Assembly: GCA_039586795.1 (NCBI GenBank)
Contig: JBDHJS010000001.1
Coordinates: 1-64,000, forward strand
Source of the DNA: Gemmatimonadota bacterium
GTDB lineage: Bacteria > Gemmatimonadota > Gemmatimonadetes > Palauibacterales > KS3-K002
Length of the DNA stretch: 64,000 nt
Direction of reading: 5' to 3'
Shown here: positions 47,207 through 57,146 of the stretch, piece after piece
Position numbering within the stretch: the first letter of the stretch is position 1
Layout of the letters: every line of letters begins with the position of its first letter
Program-made: the position numbers and the translations under genes
Notes under the pieces: generated by a model
The model's input: the letters and a program-made list of their open reading frames with translations, nothing else
Told to the model about the DNA's origin: nothing
Databases searched by the model: none

Positions 47207-48667
47207 TCAGAGATTCAACGCCCCGTAGAGGAAGCCGGTAAGAGCGGACATCGCTACGACCAGAACGATGAAAACCGCGGTCTTCTTGGTACCGATCACA
47301 CTTCGGATCACCAAGATGCTCGGCAACGATACCGCTGGACCGGCCAACAAGAGCGCCAGTGCCGGACCGCTCCCCATACCGCTGCTCAACAGGCCGTCGA
47401 GGATCGGAACCTCAGTCAGCGTGGCGAAATACATGAACGCCCCGGCGACCGATGCGAACAGATTCGCCAACGGTGAGTTACCACCAACCGCGTCGGCCAC
47501 CCAACCTGACGGAATCAGACCCTCGTGTCCCGGGCGCCCTAACAGAAAACCCGCTACCAGCACACCCGCCAGTAGCAGCGGAAGAATCTGTTTGGCATAA
47601 CCCCAAGACGAAGCGAACCACTCTCCCAACTCGCCGTCGCTGGTGCTCGCCACAGCTGAGAGCCCCACGGTCGCCGCGACGAATGGAACGGAGGGCCGTC
47701 CGGGAAAGGCCAACGCGAGCCCGACAGTGGCTATAGACACGGCCAGCAACTGCCAGACCCTCATTCCGAACCAGCGTACGAGAACGATGCCCAATCCAGC
47801 GGCGAGCAGAGCCGTGATCGTCCACTTGGCGGCGTAGATCTCGTGCCAGATCCCCGCCGTCATCCCCGGTCTGCCCCAGTTGGCGAAGACCAGAATGCCG
47901 ACCAGCAGCATGAAGTAGAGAGCCGTCTTCCAAATGGGCCGGCCTTCGTCCGATACGGGAAGCTCGGCCTTCGTCCTTTCCCGTTGGCTCTCTCCGCGAC
48001 GGAAGAACGCGTGCATCAACAGACCGATGACCACCGCAAATACGATGGCTCCCACGGCCCGGGCAATCCCGAGGTGCGGGCCCAGTATTCGAGCCGTCAA
48101 GATGATTGCCAGAACGTTTATCGCCGGACCCGAGTACAGGAATGCGGTGGCAGGCCCGAGGCCGGCGCCCGTCGCGTAGATCCCCGCAAACAGCGGGAGC
48201 ACGGTGCAGGAGCAGACGGCTAGTATCGTACCCGATACTGAGGCCACGCCGTATGCAAGTGCTTTGGGAGCTCGCGGCCCGAGGTAGCGAAGCACTGACT
48301 GCTGACTGACGAACACTGAGATCGCACCGGCGATGAAGAAGGCCGGGACCAGGCACAACAGTACATGCTCGCGGGCATACCACTTGGTGAGCTCGAGGGA
48401 CTCGTTCACCGCCCCGTCGAATCTCGCGTTACCCACCGGTAGGTACCAAGCGGCGATGAAGACGCCGACGATCACAACCAGGGGCTTCCACTCTCGCCCC
48501 CACTCCAGGGCCACGGTCCGTCGCTTGCGACGGCTCCACCAGTTGGCGAGGCGTTCCCGCGCACTCAGCCTGGACTCGCCTACCTCGGCTGCCGGGCCCG
48601 GCGCCTGCCCAGTCGCACCGGTGTCCGCGACCGTCGTTGCTCGCCTCGGCTCCGTCACCGAACCCAT
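47207..48667 (-). CDS. ArsP-family (DUF318) permease
   Basis: AREHVLLCLVPAFFIAG, VCSCTVLP, FLYSGPAIN, YFATLTEVP and GPAVSLP; start may lie further downstream. Confidence 0.85.
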   Translation of the reverse strand: MGSVTEPRRATTVADTGATGQAPGPAAEVGESRLSARERLANWWSRRKRRTVALEWGREWKPLVVIVGVFIAAWYLPVGNARFDGAVNESLELTKWYAREHVLLCLVPAFFIAGAISVFVSQQSVLRYLGPRAPKALAYGVASVSGTILAVCSCTVLPLFAGIYATGAGLGPATAFLYSGPAINVLAIILTARILGPHLGIARAVGAIVFAVVIGLLMHAFFRRGESQRERTKAELPVSDEGRPIWKTALYFMLLVGILVFANWGRPGMTAGIWHEIYAAKWTITALLAAGLGIVLVRWFGMRVWQLLAVSIATVGLALAFPGRPSVPFVAATVGLSAVASTSDGELGEWFASSWGYAKQILPLLLAGVLVAGFLLGRPGHEGLIPSGWVADAVGGNSPLANLFASVAGAFMYFATLTEVPILDGLLSSGMGSGPALALLLAGPAVSLPSILVIRSVIGTKKTAVFIVLVVAMSALTGFLYGALNL

Positions 48668-48676
48668 GTCAGAGAA

Positions 48677-48919
48677 TCAGGATCGGGGGTATGTGAGTAT
48701 CGCCTTGATCTCTTTCACGCTCGGCACCCGACCTGCAACCCTGACCCGTCCATCGACCAACAGTGCAGGCGTAAGTGTGACACCTCGTTTGGCGATCTCG
48801 GCCACTTCATGCACGTACTCGACCTCGGCGTCGAGGTCCAACTCAGCTACCGCATCAAACGTGTTGCGTTTTAGAGTCTGACACCTCGAGCAGCCGGGGC
48901 CGATCACCTCAATCCTCAT
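48677..48919 (-). CDS. Small thioredoxin-like redox protein (MTH895 type)
   Basis: I.V.GPGCSRC, TPAL.VDG and GRVP; RBS GGAGGT. Confidence 0.88.
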   Translation of the reverse strand: MRIEVIGPGCSRCQTLKRNTFDAVAELDLDAEVEYVHEVAEIAKRGVTLTPALLVDGRVRVAGRVPSVKEIKAILTYPRS

Positions 48920-48949
48920 TTCGAGAACCTCCGACATCATTCGAATTCT

Positions 48950-49663
48950 CTAGGGTTCAAACAGCGCCGTGAGCCGGCGCCTGAGCTCATCGCGCACTCC
49001 GCGGAACGAGTCGAGGATCTCCTCATCGCTCCCTTCTGCGGCGGCCGGATCGGAGAGCGGCCAGTGGACACGCTGCGCTTCGCCCAGCCACACCGGACAG
49101 ACCTCCTCAGCGCACAGCGTGATAACAGCGTCCACGTCGGGTCCCTCGAGCTGACGGATATCGTCGATCGCTTTGGAATGCTGGAACGCAGCATCTATAC
49201 CCGTTTCTTCCAGCGCACGAATGGCGAAAGGGTTGACCCGGGACGGTGCCGACCCGGCGGATGAGATGACGACGGTATCCGGCGCCAGGTTCCGGGCGAT
49301 TCCTTCCGCCATCTGACTGCGCGCCGAGTTTGCAACGCAGAGGAAGAGCAGATGTCGTGGTTGCAGTGCGCGAAGTATGCGAGCTTCGATCAACCACTGG
49401 GGAGGTACGCCATCCCCGTCATCGTAACGGCGGCAGGCGAAGGCCGGCGGACCGACGTCGGGCCCGGCCACATCTTCGCCGTTGACCCGCACCGTGGGAG
49501 ATCCGGGAAAAGCGAGTTGCTCAGCTTCCGTGACGTCTCGGATTTCCTTGTGAATGACCTCGGCATCGGGCGTCAAGAGAGCCGTCGTCTCCTGCACGAG
49601 CCGCCGTGCCGGCTCGGCATTGGGACAGTCGGGTGTGGTGAGGACTTCCAGGCGCAGGGTCAT
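48950..49663 (-). CDS. arsC: Arsenate reductase (LMW-PTP fold) fused to N-terminal thioredoxin-like domain
   Basis: P-loop CVANSARSQMAE, TLC....CP and HW...DP; N-domain CPN..GSPTVRVNGED..CR. Confidence 0.85.
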   Translation of the reverse strand: MTLRLEVLTTPDCPNAEPARRLVQETTALLTPDAEVIHKEIRDVTEAEQLAFPGSPTVRVNGEDVAGPDVGPPAFACRRYDDGDGVPPQWLIEARILRALQPRHLLFLCVANSARSQMAEGIARNLAPDTVVISSAGSAPSRVNPFAIRALEETGIDAAFQHSKAIDDIRQLEGPDVDAVITLCAEEVCPVWLGEAQRVHWPLSDPAAAEGSDEEILDSFRGVRDELRRRLTALFEP

Positions 49664-49666
49664 TCT

Positions 49667-50758
49667 CTACTCATCTCCTCCAGCCATTGCCGCGGCCGGG
49701 GCCGCTTCGCCAAAGAAACGACGTTTCAACCACAGCGACACTTGCACGAGGCCGATCATCACCGGCACCTCGACTAGCGGGCCGATGACCGTCGCGAAGG
49801 CCGGCTGTGACGCGATCCCGAACACGGCGATCGCCACGGCGATGGCGAGCTCGAAATCGTTGCTGGCCGCTGTGAGCGCAACCGTCGTGGTCTCCGGATA
49901 CTCACCCCGCAGGAAGCGCGCGGCGAAGAAGGTGATCACGAACATCGCCACGAAATAGATGGCCAATGGAATCGCGATCCGAACCACATCATACGGAAGC
50001 TGCACGATCAGCTCGCCCTTTAGGGAGAACATCACGACAACGGTAAACAGCAAAGCCGCCAAAGTGATTGGGCTGATGCGCGGGATGAATACCCGCTCGT
50101 ACCATTCCCTTCCTTTGAGCTTCAGCAGTGAAAACCGCGTGATGAGACCCGCTAAGAACGGGATGCCCAGGTAGATGAACACGGTACGGGCGATCTCTCC
50201 CACGCTCACATGCATCTCCGCACCCTGAAACCCGAAGAGCGGCGGCAGCAGCGTGATGAAGAACCAGGCGTAGAACCCGTAGAACAGCACCTGGAAAACG
50301 GCATTAGCCGCCACCAGACCTGCCGCCAAGTCGTGGTCACCCTCTGCCAAGTCGTTCCACACCAGCACCATGGCGATACACCGCGCGAGTCCCACCAAGA
50401 TCAAGCCGACGGCATAGCCCGGCATGTCGCGCAGCAACAGGACGGCTAGGAAGAACATCACCAGCGGCCCGATGACCCAGTTCTGCAACAGCGACAGCGC
50501 CAGTATCCGCTTGTGCCGCAGGACCACCCAGAATTTCTCGTAGCGAACTTTGGCGAGCGGCGGGTACATCATCAGGATGAGGCCGATCGCAATAGGAATG
50601 GAAGTCGTCCCGATCTGGGTCGCACGATTGAGCGCCTCGACCGGCTCGGGCCACAGATAGCCGATCGCGACTCCCAAGGCCATGGCGGCGAAAATCCAGA
50701 CCGTCAGATAGCGGTCGAGAAACGAAAGTCGCCGCGCTACGGAACTGTCAGCAGCCAC
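49667..50758 (-). CDS. acr3: ACR3-family arsenite efflux transporter
   Basis: [33 protein letters not shown] and GPLVEVP. Confidence 0.95.
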   Translation of the reverse strand: MAADSSVARRLSFLDRYLTVWIFAAMALGVAIGYLWPEPVEALNRATQIGTTSIPIAIGLILMMYPPLAKVRYEKFWVVLRHKRILALSLLQNWVIGPLVMFFLAVLLLRDMPGYAVGLILVGLARCIAMVLVWNDLAEGDHDLAAGLVAANAVFQVLFYGFYAWFFITLLPPLFGFQGAEMHVSVGEIARTVFIYLGIPFLAGLITRFSLLKLKGREWYERVFIPRISPITLAALLFTVVVMFSLKGELIVQLPYDVVRIAIPLAIYFVAMFVITFFAARFLRGEYPETTTVALTAASNDFELAIAVAIAVFGIASQPAFATVIGPLVEVPVMIGLVQVSLWLKRRFFGEAAPAAAMAGGDE

Positions 50759-51144
50759 TATGAACTCACTTTCGATCTAGAAGGCGCCACCTCCCGCGGG
50801 GCCGCGGCCGGATGACAGCGCTTGGCTCTCATCTCGTCCAGTTCACCCGCGACCTCCGGAACCGGGACATCAGCCAGCACCCGCCGGAGCATCTCGAGCA
50901 GGGTCCGCTGTTCTTCGCGCGTCGGCTCCGCGGGATGGTAGTAGACCCACAGACCATCCCGACGGTCCTGCAACAACCCGGCGTTGAGCAGGTAACGAAG
51001 GTGCCGGGACGCCTTGGACTGCGAAATCTCGAGAAACCGCTCAACCTCGCAGACGCAAAGTTCCCCGTGGCGGAAGATGAGAGCGAGGATCTGAAGGCGA
51101 ACGTCTTCGGAGAGCGCCTTGAACTGCTGCGTCAGCTGGAGCAT
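50758..51144 (-). CDS. arsR: As(III)-responsive ArsR repressor
   Basis: FKALS...RL.I, ELCVCE metal site and [12 protein letters not shown] 51144. Confidence 0.9.
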   Translation of the reverse strand: MLQLTQQFKALSEDVRLQILALIFRHGELCVCEVERFLEISQSKASRHLRYLLNAGLLQDRRDGLWVYYHPAEPTREEQRTLLEMLRRVLADVPVPEVAGELDEMRAKRCHPAAAPREVAPSRSKVSS

Positions 51145-51147
51145 GAT

Positions 51148-51169
51148 TATACCCGTGTATGCGGTTATA
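51148..51169 (-). promoter_or_regulatory. Probable ArsR operator
   Basis: Inverted repeat TATACCCG-N6-CGGTTATA immediately upstream of arsR ATG, overlapping -10-like hexamers. Confidence 0.6.
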
Positions 51170-51254
51170 CATGACAAACATACCCCAGCCTGGCCCTCGC
51201 CACAAGAACGTGGGCCGCACGCGCGGGCAATTGCAGGCACGCGCGCTCCTGGCT

Positions 51255-52985
51255 TCATTGGCTGCCGAGGCGCACTTCCATTCGCGTCATGCCGCCCTTT
51301 TCAGAACGCACCGTAATCGAGAGACGCGGGTCACTTCCCGCCGAGCGTACCACGTACTCGAAGGTCCGGCGCGCGGCGGCTGTCCCAGTCCGGCCCTGGG
51401 TGTCCCGCGTGCCGAGAAGGTGGCCGAGGTCGGCCCGCGCCTGACCTGAGACCAGCTCTGCATCGGATAGGTCTAGAGTCACGCGGACCGGCACCGCGAC
51501 ATTCGCGTCCAGCGCCCGCCGTGTGATGTTCGTCGGCAGATAGCCTTCGTTCTCGACGACGCCGGTGATCTTGAACAGGCCGGAGCCCAACGACTCGGTC
51601 TCCACGTCCTTGAGAACCACCCGAGGGCTGATCTCAGCCAGCCACAGCATCCACGGCACGTACAACTCGAGCTCGCCCTTCAAGAACTGCGACGGTGGGT
51701 TCTGGCGCGTGAACTTGCTGCGCCAGCCGCCGATCTCGACCCGGCCAAGCTGGGGATGGTCGTAGGCCGTCCAATCGGCGAAGCCTTCACCGTCCAGCTC
51801 TTCCTCGTTCCATCGGTGCCGCTCGGCTTCCGAGACGTTGCCGTCATCATCGTAGTCGCGACCGAAGCCGCCCCAGAACTCGGGGACGAAGGCGACAACA
51901 CCGAAGTCCCAGTACGACCACGAAATCAAAGTGCCGTAACGGTGGATGCGCGGGTTGCTGTAGCTGGGAATTGCTCGTTGCCCGGTGGTCGATTCGTACT
52001 TACGCGACATCTCCAAGATCAAGGACTGGTCAGACAGAACGTAGTCGTCCCACGATGTAGTGGACGGGAGTCGGAACAGGAAGCCACCGGACGTGTGCCC
52101 ATGGAACACTCCGGTGATGTTGCGGTGCGAATTGAGGAACTCGATCGTCGCCCGGGTCTCGGGCTCAGACAATGGATAGGGTCCTGCACCGGTCTGCTCG
52201 AACTCCATCCCCCAGTTGCGCGGGAAGTTACGATTCATGTCGATGCCGCCTGGCCCATCTTCGTTGAACAGGCCGTCGTCATCGTCATCGATTCCCTCTG
52301 AGTAAACCGCGAAGAACTCGCCCTCGAAGTCCTCATCGCCGCGGCGCTCCATGATGCGCGAGTCGGACCGGTTCACCTTCCAGCGACCGTTGGCATTGGG
52401 CACACGCATCTGCGTGATGGCGCCGTCGCCGTCCAGGTCGTTCCCCGGATCCTCATCCAGTAATCCATCGCCGTCCTGGTCGTACGGGCGTGGGGTGCTC
52501 CGCAGGTTCTGCTCAGTATTCAGCGCGATGTCCGCGCCATCCGGATTGAACTTCGGCCGGACGTACAGCGTCCTCGTATCGACGAGGCGAGTGACCCGGT
52601 CATCACTGCCGTAGTTGGAGAGGAGATACCAGGCGAAGTGAAGCGCCACCTCGGCACCGGTCAGCTCGCCGGCGTGGATATTCCCATCGTAATAGTAGCC
52701 GGGTTTCTCGCCCGCTGCGCCCGTACCCTTGTTCGTGATCTCCAGGACGAGGAGCGGCGTACCCTCCAGCGTCTCACCGATGGAGTACAGCCGGGTTAGC
52801 TGCGGATACGCTTGCGCCCAATCCTCGAGCAACGCGTATGCCCGCTCGGTGGAGTGGTAGGTGTTCCAGCTGGGATCGCGGGGGTTCTCATCCTGGGCGA
52901 ACAGCGGTACCGCCGAAGAAGGAGCGAGCACCAGGCTCCAGCAGGCGAACACAATCAGATAACGCCTAATGGCATCAGCAGGCAT
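51255..52985 (-). CDS. M14 zinc carboxypeptidase-family protein, exported
   Basis: HAGE (HxxE), NPDG, NRNFP, SEPET, D-rich repeats, signal peptide. Confidence 0.9.
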   Translation of the reverse strand: MPADAIRRYLIVFACWSLVLAPSSAVPLFAQDENPRDPSWNTYHSTERAYALLEDWAQAYPQLTRLYSIGETLEGTPLLVLEITNKGTGAAGEKPGYYYDGNIHAGELTGAEVALHFAWYLLSNYGSDDRVTRLVDTRTLYVRPKFNPDGADIALNTEQNLRSTPRPYDQDGDGLLDEDPGNDLDGDGAITQMRVPNANGRWKVNRSDSRIMERRGDEDFEGEFFAVYSEGIDDDDDGLFNEDGPGGIDMNRNFPRNWGMEFEQTGAGPYPLSEPETRATIEFLNSHRNITGVFHGHTSGGFLFRLPSTTSWDDYVLSDQSLILEMSRKYESTTGQRAIPSYSNPRIHRYGTLISWSYWDFGVVAFVPEFWGGFGRDYDDDGNVSEAERHRWNEEELDGEGFADWTAYDHPQLGRVEIGGWRSKFTRQNPPSQFLKGELELYVPWMLWLAEISPRVVLKDVETESLGSGLFKITGVVENEGYLPTNITRRALDANVAVPVRVTLDLSDAELVSGQARADLGHLLGTRDTQGRTGTAAARRTFEYVVRSAGSDPRLSITVRSEKGGMTRMEVRLGSQ

Positions 52986-53064
52986 ACGTGGGCTCCTGTG
53001 AGAAATGGGGGCTAGTCTGGGATGGCTAAAGATGCAGGCTGACCGGCCGCGCCGCGAGTGCGCG

Positions 53065-55965
53065 CTAGCGATGCTCCCGGCTGGCGAGCAGCGTCAGGCG
53101 CTCCGCCGCGTAGTCGACCAGCGGGCGAAGTTCGGGGTCGCAGTCGCGCCACAGCGCGATGAAGGTTTCGTAGTGATGGGCAGCCAGGGCATCGTCGCCC
53201 AGGCGCTCGTAGATCTCGGCGCGCTTGAGATGGGAAGGGGCCAGGTAGATCAACTCGCGCGACGAGCTGGCGGTGAACGAACTATACCAGTTGAGAGCTT
53301 CCTCTTCGCGACCGGCGGCGGCGAGCAACTCGGCCCGGGTATAGCGCTCGAAGGCCTGCGCGTAGAAGAGTGAGGCGGCCATGTTCTGGTACCAGCTTTG
53401 TACCGTCGCCTGCTCCAACTCGTGGATGGCATCCTCAGGTTCTCCCTCGGCGATAGCGACCTGAGCGCGGATCGACTGGGCGAGGTCGCCCGCCAGCTCG
53501 GTCACCTCGTCGGGTCCGTCGAGCTGCCCCAACTCCTGTGCGTACTGCAGCGCCGCGCCGCCGTCATCGAGTCGCGCGCTCAGAAGTCCCAGCAGGTAGA
53601 GCCTCAGGTGCGCGTGCGCTTCATCGTGAACGCTGGACCACGTCATGCGCGCCGCGCTCTGGCGCCACTCGTCTGACGTCCAACCCCGAAGCTCGGATCG
53701 AATGGCTTCCAGCTCCGCGTCAGTTGTACCCAGAAACGGAGTGGCGGAAAGCAGCGCCCTGTACTCGAGCGCCGAAACGGCATCAAGGGAGGACGCGATA
53801 TTCAATTCTACCCTGGCGTCCCGCCATTTCCCCTGAGCCAGGAGCAGCGATGCGCGGATCGTGTGTCCCAGCGCGCGTACATCGGAGGGGTAGGCGGGGT
53901 CGGTGAGCATGCCGACGACTCCCACGGCGCCATCCAGGTTGAGCGTGAAGACCGGGACGCTCCAACTCATGACCATCAACTGGTCGAGCTCGGCGAATCG
54001 CATCTCGGACATGACTTGCTGCTGACCCTGCTCGTCACCGATCACGAACTCCCGCAGCGCGCGAACCTCGAGCGCCCTGTCGTCGTCGGGATGAAGCGCC
54101 AGGTAACGTTCGACCAGCTCTACCAGCTCATCCGCATCCCCTTCCAGGGCGGAAATCCGGATCAAGTGCGTTAGGGCGTGGACTTCGTTGGGCTCGAAGA
54201 ACAGGACGCGCTCGAAGGGCGCTCGGGCCTCACCGATGGAGCGACCGTAGTACGGAGCGAAGTGGAAGAGAAGCTCACCCAGCTGGATCCACGCCTCAAC
54301 GTCATCCGGGTGCGTGCTGAGGATCGCGCGGTAGAGACGCTCCGACTCCCTGGGATCGCCCAGCCGGTAGGCGTGAAACGCCTCGAACAGGTCACGGTCG
54401 TGATCGGAGAGCCGACTGCTCAGGCGGTAAGCCTGTTGGGCGCTGAGTTCGACGAGATCGGAGCGCACCATCCAGTCGGCGGCGACGCCGAGGCGATACC
54501 AGGCGAGGGCGAAGGTGGTGTCGAGCTCGGTAGCGAGCTGGAACGCTTCGGCCGCCGGCGCGAAGTACCCCGCGCGAAACGCCCGCTCCCCCTCCAGGTA
54601 AGCCTTGAGCGCCGGTAGCGAGCTGGTCGTCACTTCGGCGATGCGAGTCGCGCCGCTCCCAAGGCTTTGGCCGACGAGAAGCTGCGCGGCTACCTCGTCG
54701 ACGAGATCGAAGAGACTCTCAGCACCGCCCTCGGCAGATGCGTGGGCGACGGCGTCGAGCCCCGCATTCGGATCGAACAGCGACGCGTCGAGCTTCAAGT
54801 TTCCGCGCACCTCGACGATACTGCCGAGCACGTAGAGGCCAGCGCCCAGACCGCTTGCAATACCCTGCGCCTCCTCAGGATCCGGCACGCCCAGGCCTTC
54901 TTGCTCCACCAGGCTCAGCACGGCGCGCGGGTCGGCGCTGCGCAATTCTCCCGCGCCGTCCAGCGCGGTGCTCAGCAAGTCGACCATCCCCATGCTGAGA
55001 TAATCGAAGCTGCTGCTGCCACCCACCGAGAACGGCAGCACGGCGATCCGCATCTGCGAGACCGGCGGCGATCGTGGCATCCACAGGTCACGCAACCCCC
55101 AGGCGCCGCCGACGACGATCACCAGCGCGAGCGTCGCGGCCAGCGCTTTCGACAGCAGCGTGGCATGGCGTGCGGCCGATCCTTCCTGCGCTCGGTTGAG
55201 CGCAGCGCGAAAGGCGCCCGCGTCGGCCCAGCGGTCGGCCGGCTTCATGGCGAGGGCGCGCTTAAGGACTCGAGCCAGATTCTGGGGTACGCCCGTCCAG
55301 TCCGCCTCCTTGACCGGCGTGAGCATCGACCAGCGGCGGCCGGTGAGGGAGTCGTAGAGTACCATTCCGACGGCATAGAGGTCGGTTTGCGTCGTGACTT
55401 CATCACCCGTGACCTGCTCCGGCGCCATGTGGCCCGGCGTCCCCACCCGCTGGCCCGGCTCGGTGATGGTGGAATCTCTATCGTGGTGCTTGGCGATCCC
55501 GAAGTCGCCGAGCAACGCATGGTCGTCAACGAGGAAGATGTTGCTCGGCTTGATGTCGCGATGGACGATGCCGCTCCCGTGCACCGTTTCCAGCGCCGAG
55601 AGCATGTCGTTCCCCAACTTCACCGCCTCTTCACGGGGCAGCGGGCCGCGATCCAGCCGCTCCTTCAGCGTCTCCCCTTCCACATAGTCCATGATGTAGT
55701 AGAAGGACTCGCCGATCTCGCCGGCGTGGTAGATGGAAACGACGTTGGGATGCCGGATGCGAGCCAGGATTCGGGCTTCTTCGAGGAGACGTTTCGATGC
55801 CCGGGGGTCATCGAGATCGTGACGGTGGACCTTCACGGCGACGGTCCGGTCCAGCACCGTGTCGTGGGCCAGGAAGACCGTCCCCATCCCACCGCTCGCC
55901 AGCTCCCGCTCCACCTCGTACTGAGGCGGAAGAGCTTCGCGCAGCCGCTCGAGCAGAGAGCTCAT
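53065..55965 (-). CDS. Ser/Thr protein kinase with TM, TolB-like and TPR domains
   Basis: GGMG.V, VAVK, HRDIKPSN, DFG and APE; IAVLPF domain; TPR tail. Confidence 0.92.
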   Translation of the reverse strand: MSSLLERLREALPPQYEVERELASGGMGTVFLAHDTVLDRTVAVKVHRHDLDDPRASKRLLEEARILARIRHPNVVSIYHAGEIGESFYYIMDYVEGETLKERLDRGPLPREEAVKLGNDMLSALETVHGSGIVHRDIKPSNIFLVDDHALLGDFGIAKHHDRDSTITEPGQRVGTPGHMAPEQVTGDEVTTQTDLYAVGMVLYDSLTGRRWSMLTPVKEADWTGVPQNLARVLKRALAMKPADRWADAGAFRAALNRAQEGSAARHATLLSKALAATLALVIVVGGAWGLRDLWMPRSPPVSQMRIAVLPFSVGGSSSFDYLSMGMVDLLSTALDGAGELRSADPRAVLSLVEQEGLGVPDPEEAQGIASGLGAGLYVLGSIVEVRGNLKLDASLFDPNAGLDAVAHASAEGGAESLFDLVDEVAAQLLVGQSLGSGATRIAEVTTSSLPALKAYLEGERAFRAGYFAPAAEAFQLATELDTTFALAWYRLGVAADWMVRSDLVELSAQQAYRLSSRLSDHDRDLFEAFHAYRLGDPRESERLYRAILSTHPDDVEAWIQLGELLFHFAPYYGRSIGEARAPFERVLFFEPNEVHALTHLIRISALEGDADELVELVERYLALHPDDDRALEVRALREFVIGDEQGQQQVMSEMRFAELDQLMVMSWSVPVFTLNLDGAVGVVGMLTDPAYPSDVRALGHTIRASLLLAQGKWRDARVELNIASSLDAVSALEYRALLSATPFLGTTDAELEAIRSELRGWTSDEWRQSAARMTWSSVHDEAHAHLRLYLLGLLSARLDDGGAALQYAQELGQLDGPDEVTELAGDLAQSIRAQVAIAEGEPEDAIHELEQATVQSWYQNMAASLFYAQAFERYTRAELLAAAGREEEALNWYSSFTASSSRELIYLAPSHLKRAEIYERLGDDALAAHHYETFIALWRDCDPELRPLVDYAAERLTLLASREHR

Positions 55966-56121
55966 GCGCGCTCTAACCTATGGAATGGGAGAGCACGAAC
56001 CCAGGTATGGGGCCCAGGAAGGCGCAAAAGGACCGATCGCAGCGAGGACCTCCGGTGTCGGGGCGTCGTTCGGGAACTGCTGGCCGCCAAGAAGATGGGG
56101 CTTTGGGGGATTTAAGGCCAG

Positions 56122-57045
56122 TTATCCCGCACAATTCCGCCAGGCGATGCCCAGCGCGACGATCACAAGGGCGGCGACTGCTGGAAGAACCCAGGCGGGC
56201 ATTCTCGAGCGCGAGCCTTCCCCTGAATTCCGGATCGACGCGGCGAACTCGCCAACGCTACCCTGCCGTTCCGCCGGGCGTTTGCTCAGCGCTTTCATCA
56301 GCGCCCCCCGCATGCCCCCGGGAACGGAGCCGGGAAGCGGCTCGGGCCTCTCGTAGATGTGCTGTTTCAGAATGTCCGAGATGTTCGCTCCCACGAACGG
56401 TGGTTGCCCGGTCAGCAACTCGTAGACCACGCAGGCCAGGCTGTAGAGATCGGTTCGCGCGTCAATCGTCTCCAACCCCGCCAACTGCTCAGGGCTGACG
56501 TAGAGCGGCGTCCCGACGATGGAGCCGGTGGCGGTAAGCGTGGCCTGATCGGCACCGCACATCGCGCGCGCCAATCCGAAGTCGGCGACGATCGCTTCGC
56601 CGTTGGAGACGAGAATGTTCTCCGGCTTTATGTCCCGATGCACGATACCCTGTTGGTGCGCGTGCTCGAGTGCCTCGGCCACATCAATAGTGAGCTTGAT
56701 CGCCTCCTCCACCGGCAGCTTCCCGCGGCGTCGAATCAGGTCACGCAGCGATTCACCATCGACGAACGGCGTAACGTAGTAGGCCAAATCCCCCGCCGTC
56801 CCCGAGTCGAGGAGCGGGAGGATGTGGGGGTGCTGCAGCTTCGCGGTCACTCGAATCTCACGCTCGAATCGAGTCAGCTCGGCGCCCGAGGCAAGCTCCG
56901 GGTGGATCACCTTGATCGCGACGGAACGTTCGTGCTTGCGATCGCGAGCGCGGAAGACCGTCCCCATGCCGCCGGCGCCGATCTCGTCCTCCAGCTCGTA
57001 GGTATCGGACAGCGCTTCGTGGATTATCTCGTGGGGATCGCCCAT
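56122..57045 (-). CDS. Ser/Thr protein kinase with C-terminal TM helix
   Basis: GAGGMG, VAIK, HRDIKPEN, DFG and GTPLY.SPE. Confidence 0.93.
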   Translation of the reverse strand: MGDPHEIIHEALSDTYELEDEIGAGGMGTVFRARDRKHERSVAIKVIHPELASGAELTRFEREIRVTAKLQHPHILPLLDSGTAGDLAYYVTPFVDGESLRDLIRRRGKLPVEEAIKLTIDVAEALEHAHQQGIVHRDIKPENILVSNGEAIVADFGLARAMCGADQATLTATGSIVGTPLYVSPEQLAGLETIDARTDLYSLACVVYELLTGQPPFVGANISDILKQHIYERPEPLPGSVPGGMRGALMKALSKRPAERQGSVGEFAASIRNSGEGSRSRMPAWVLPAVAALVIVALGIAWRNCAG

Positions 57046-57146
57046 GCTAGCCCGGGAGCGTGTAGTCTTTGAGGTTCAGCCGTCGCGATTGAACACCGAA
57101 TGATGACTGCAGATATCGACTCGACGCAACCGGTGCCGCTGACGCC

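Noticed and set aside
46911..47228. 105-aa ORF as a separate gene or frameshift continuation of the methyltransferase
   Set aside because: It is an Arg/Ser-rich shadow frame; the family-like continuation is in the UGA frame.
54667..56115. Long plus-strand ORFs opposite the kinase and ATPase genes
   Set aside because: Antisense shadows typical of high-GC codon usage, with no recognisable motifs.
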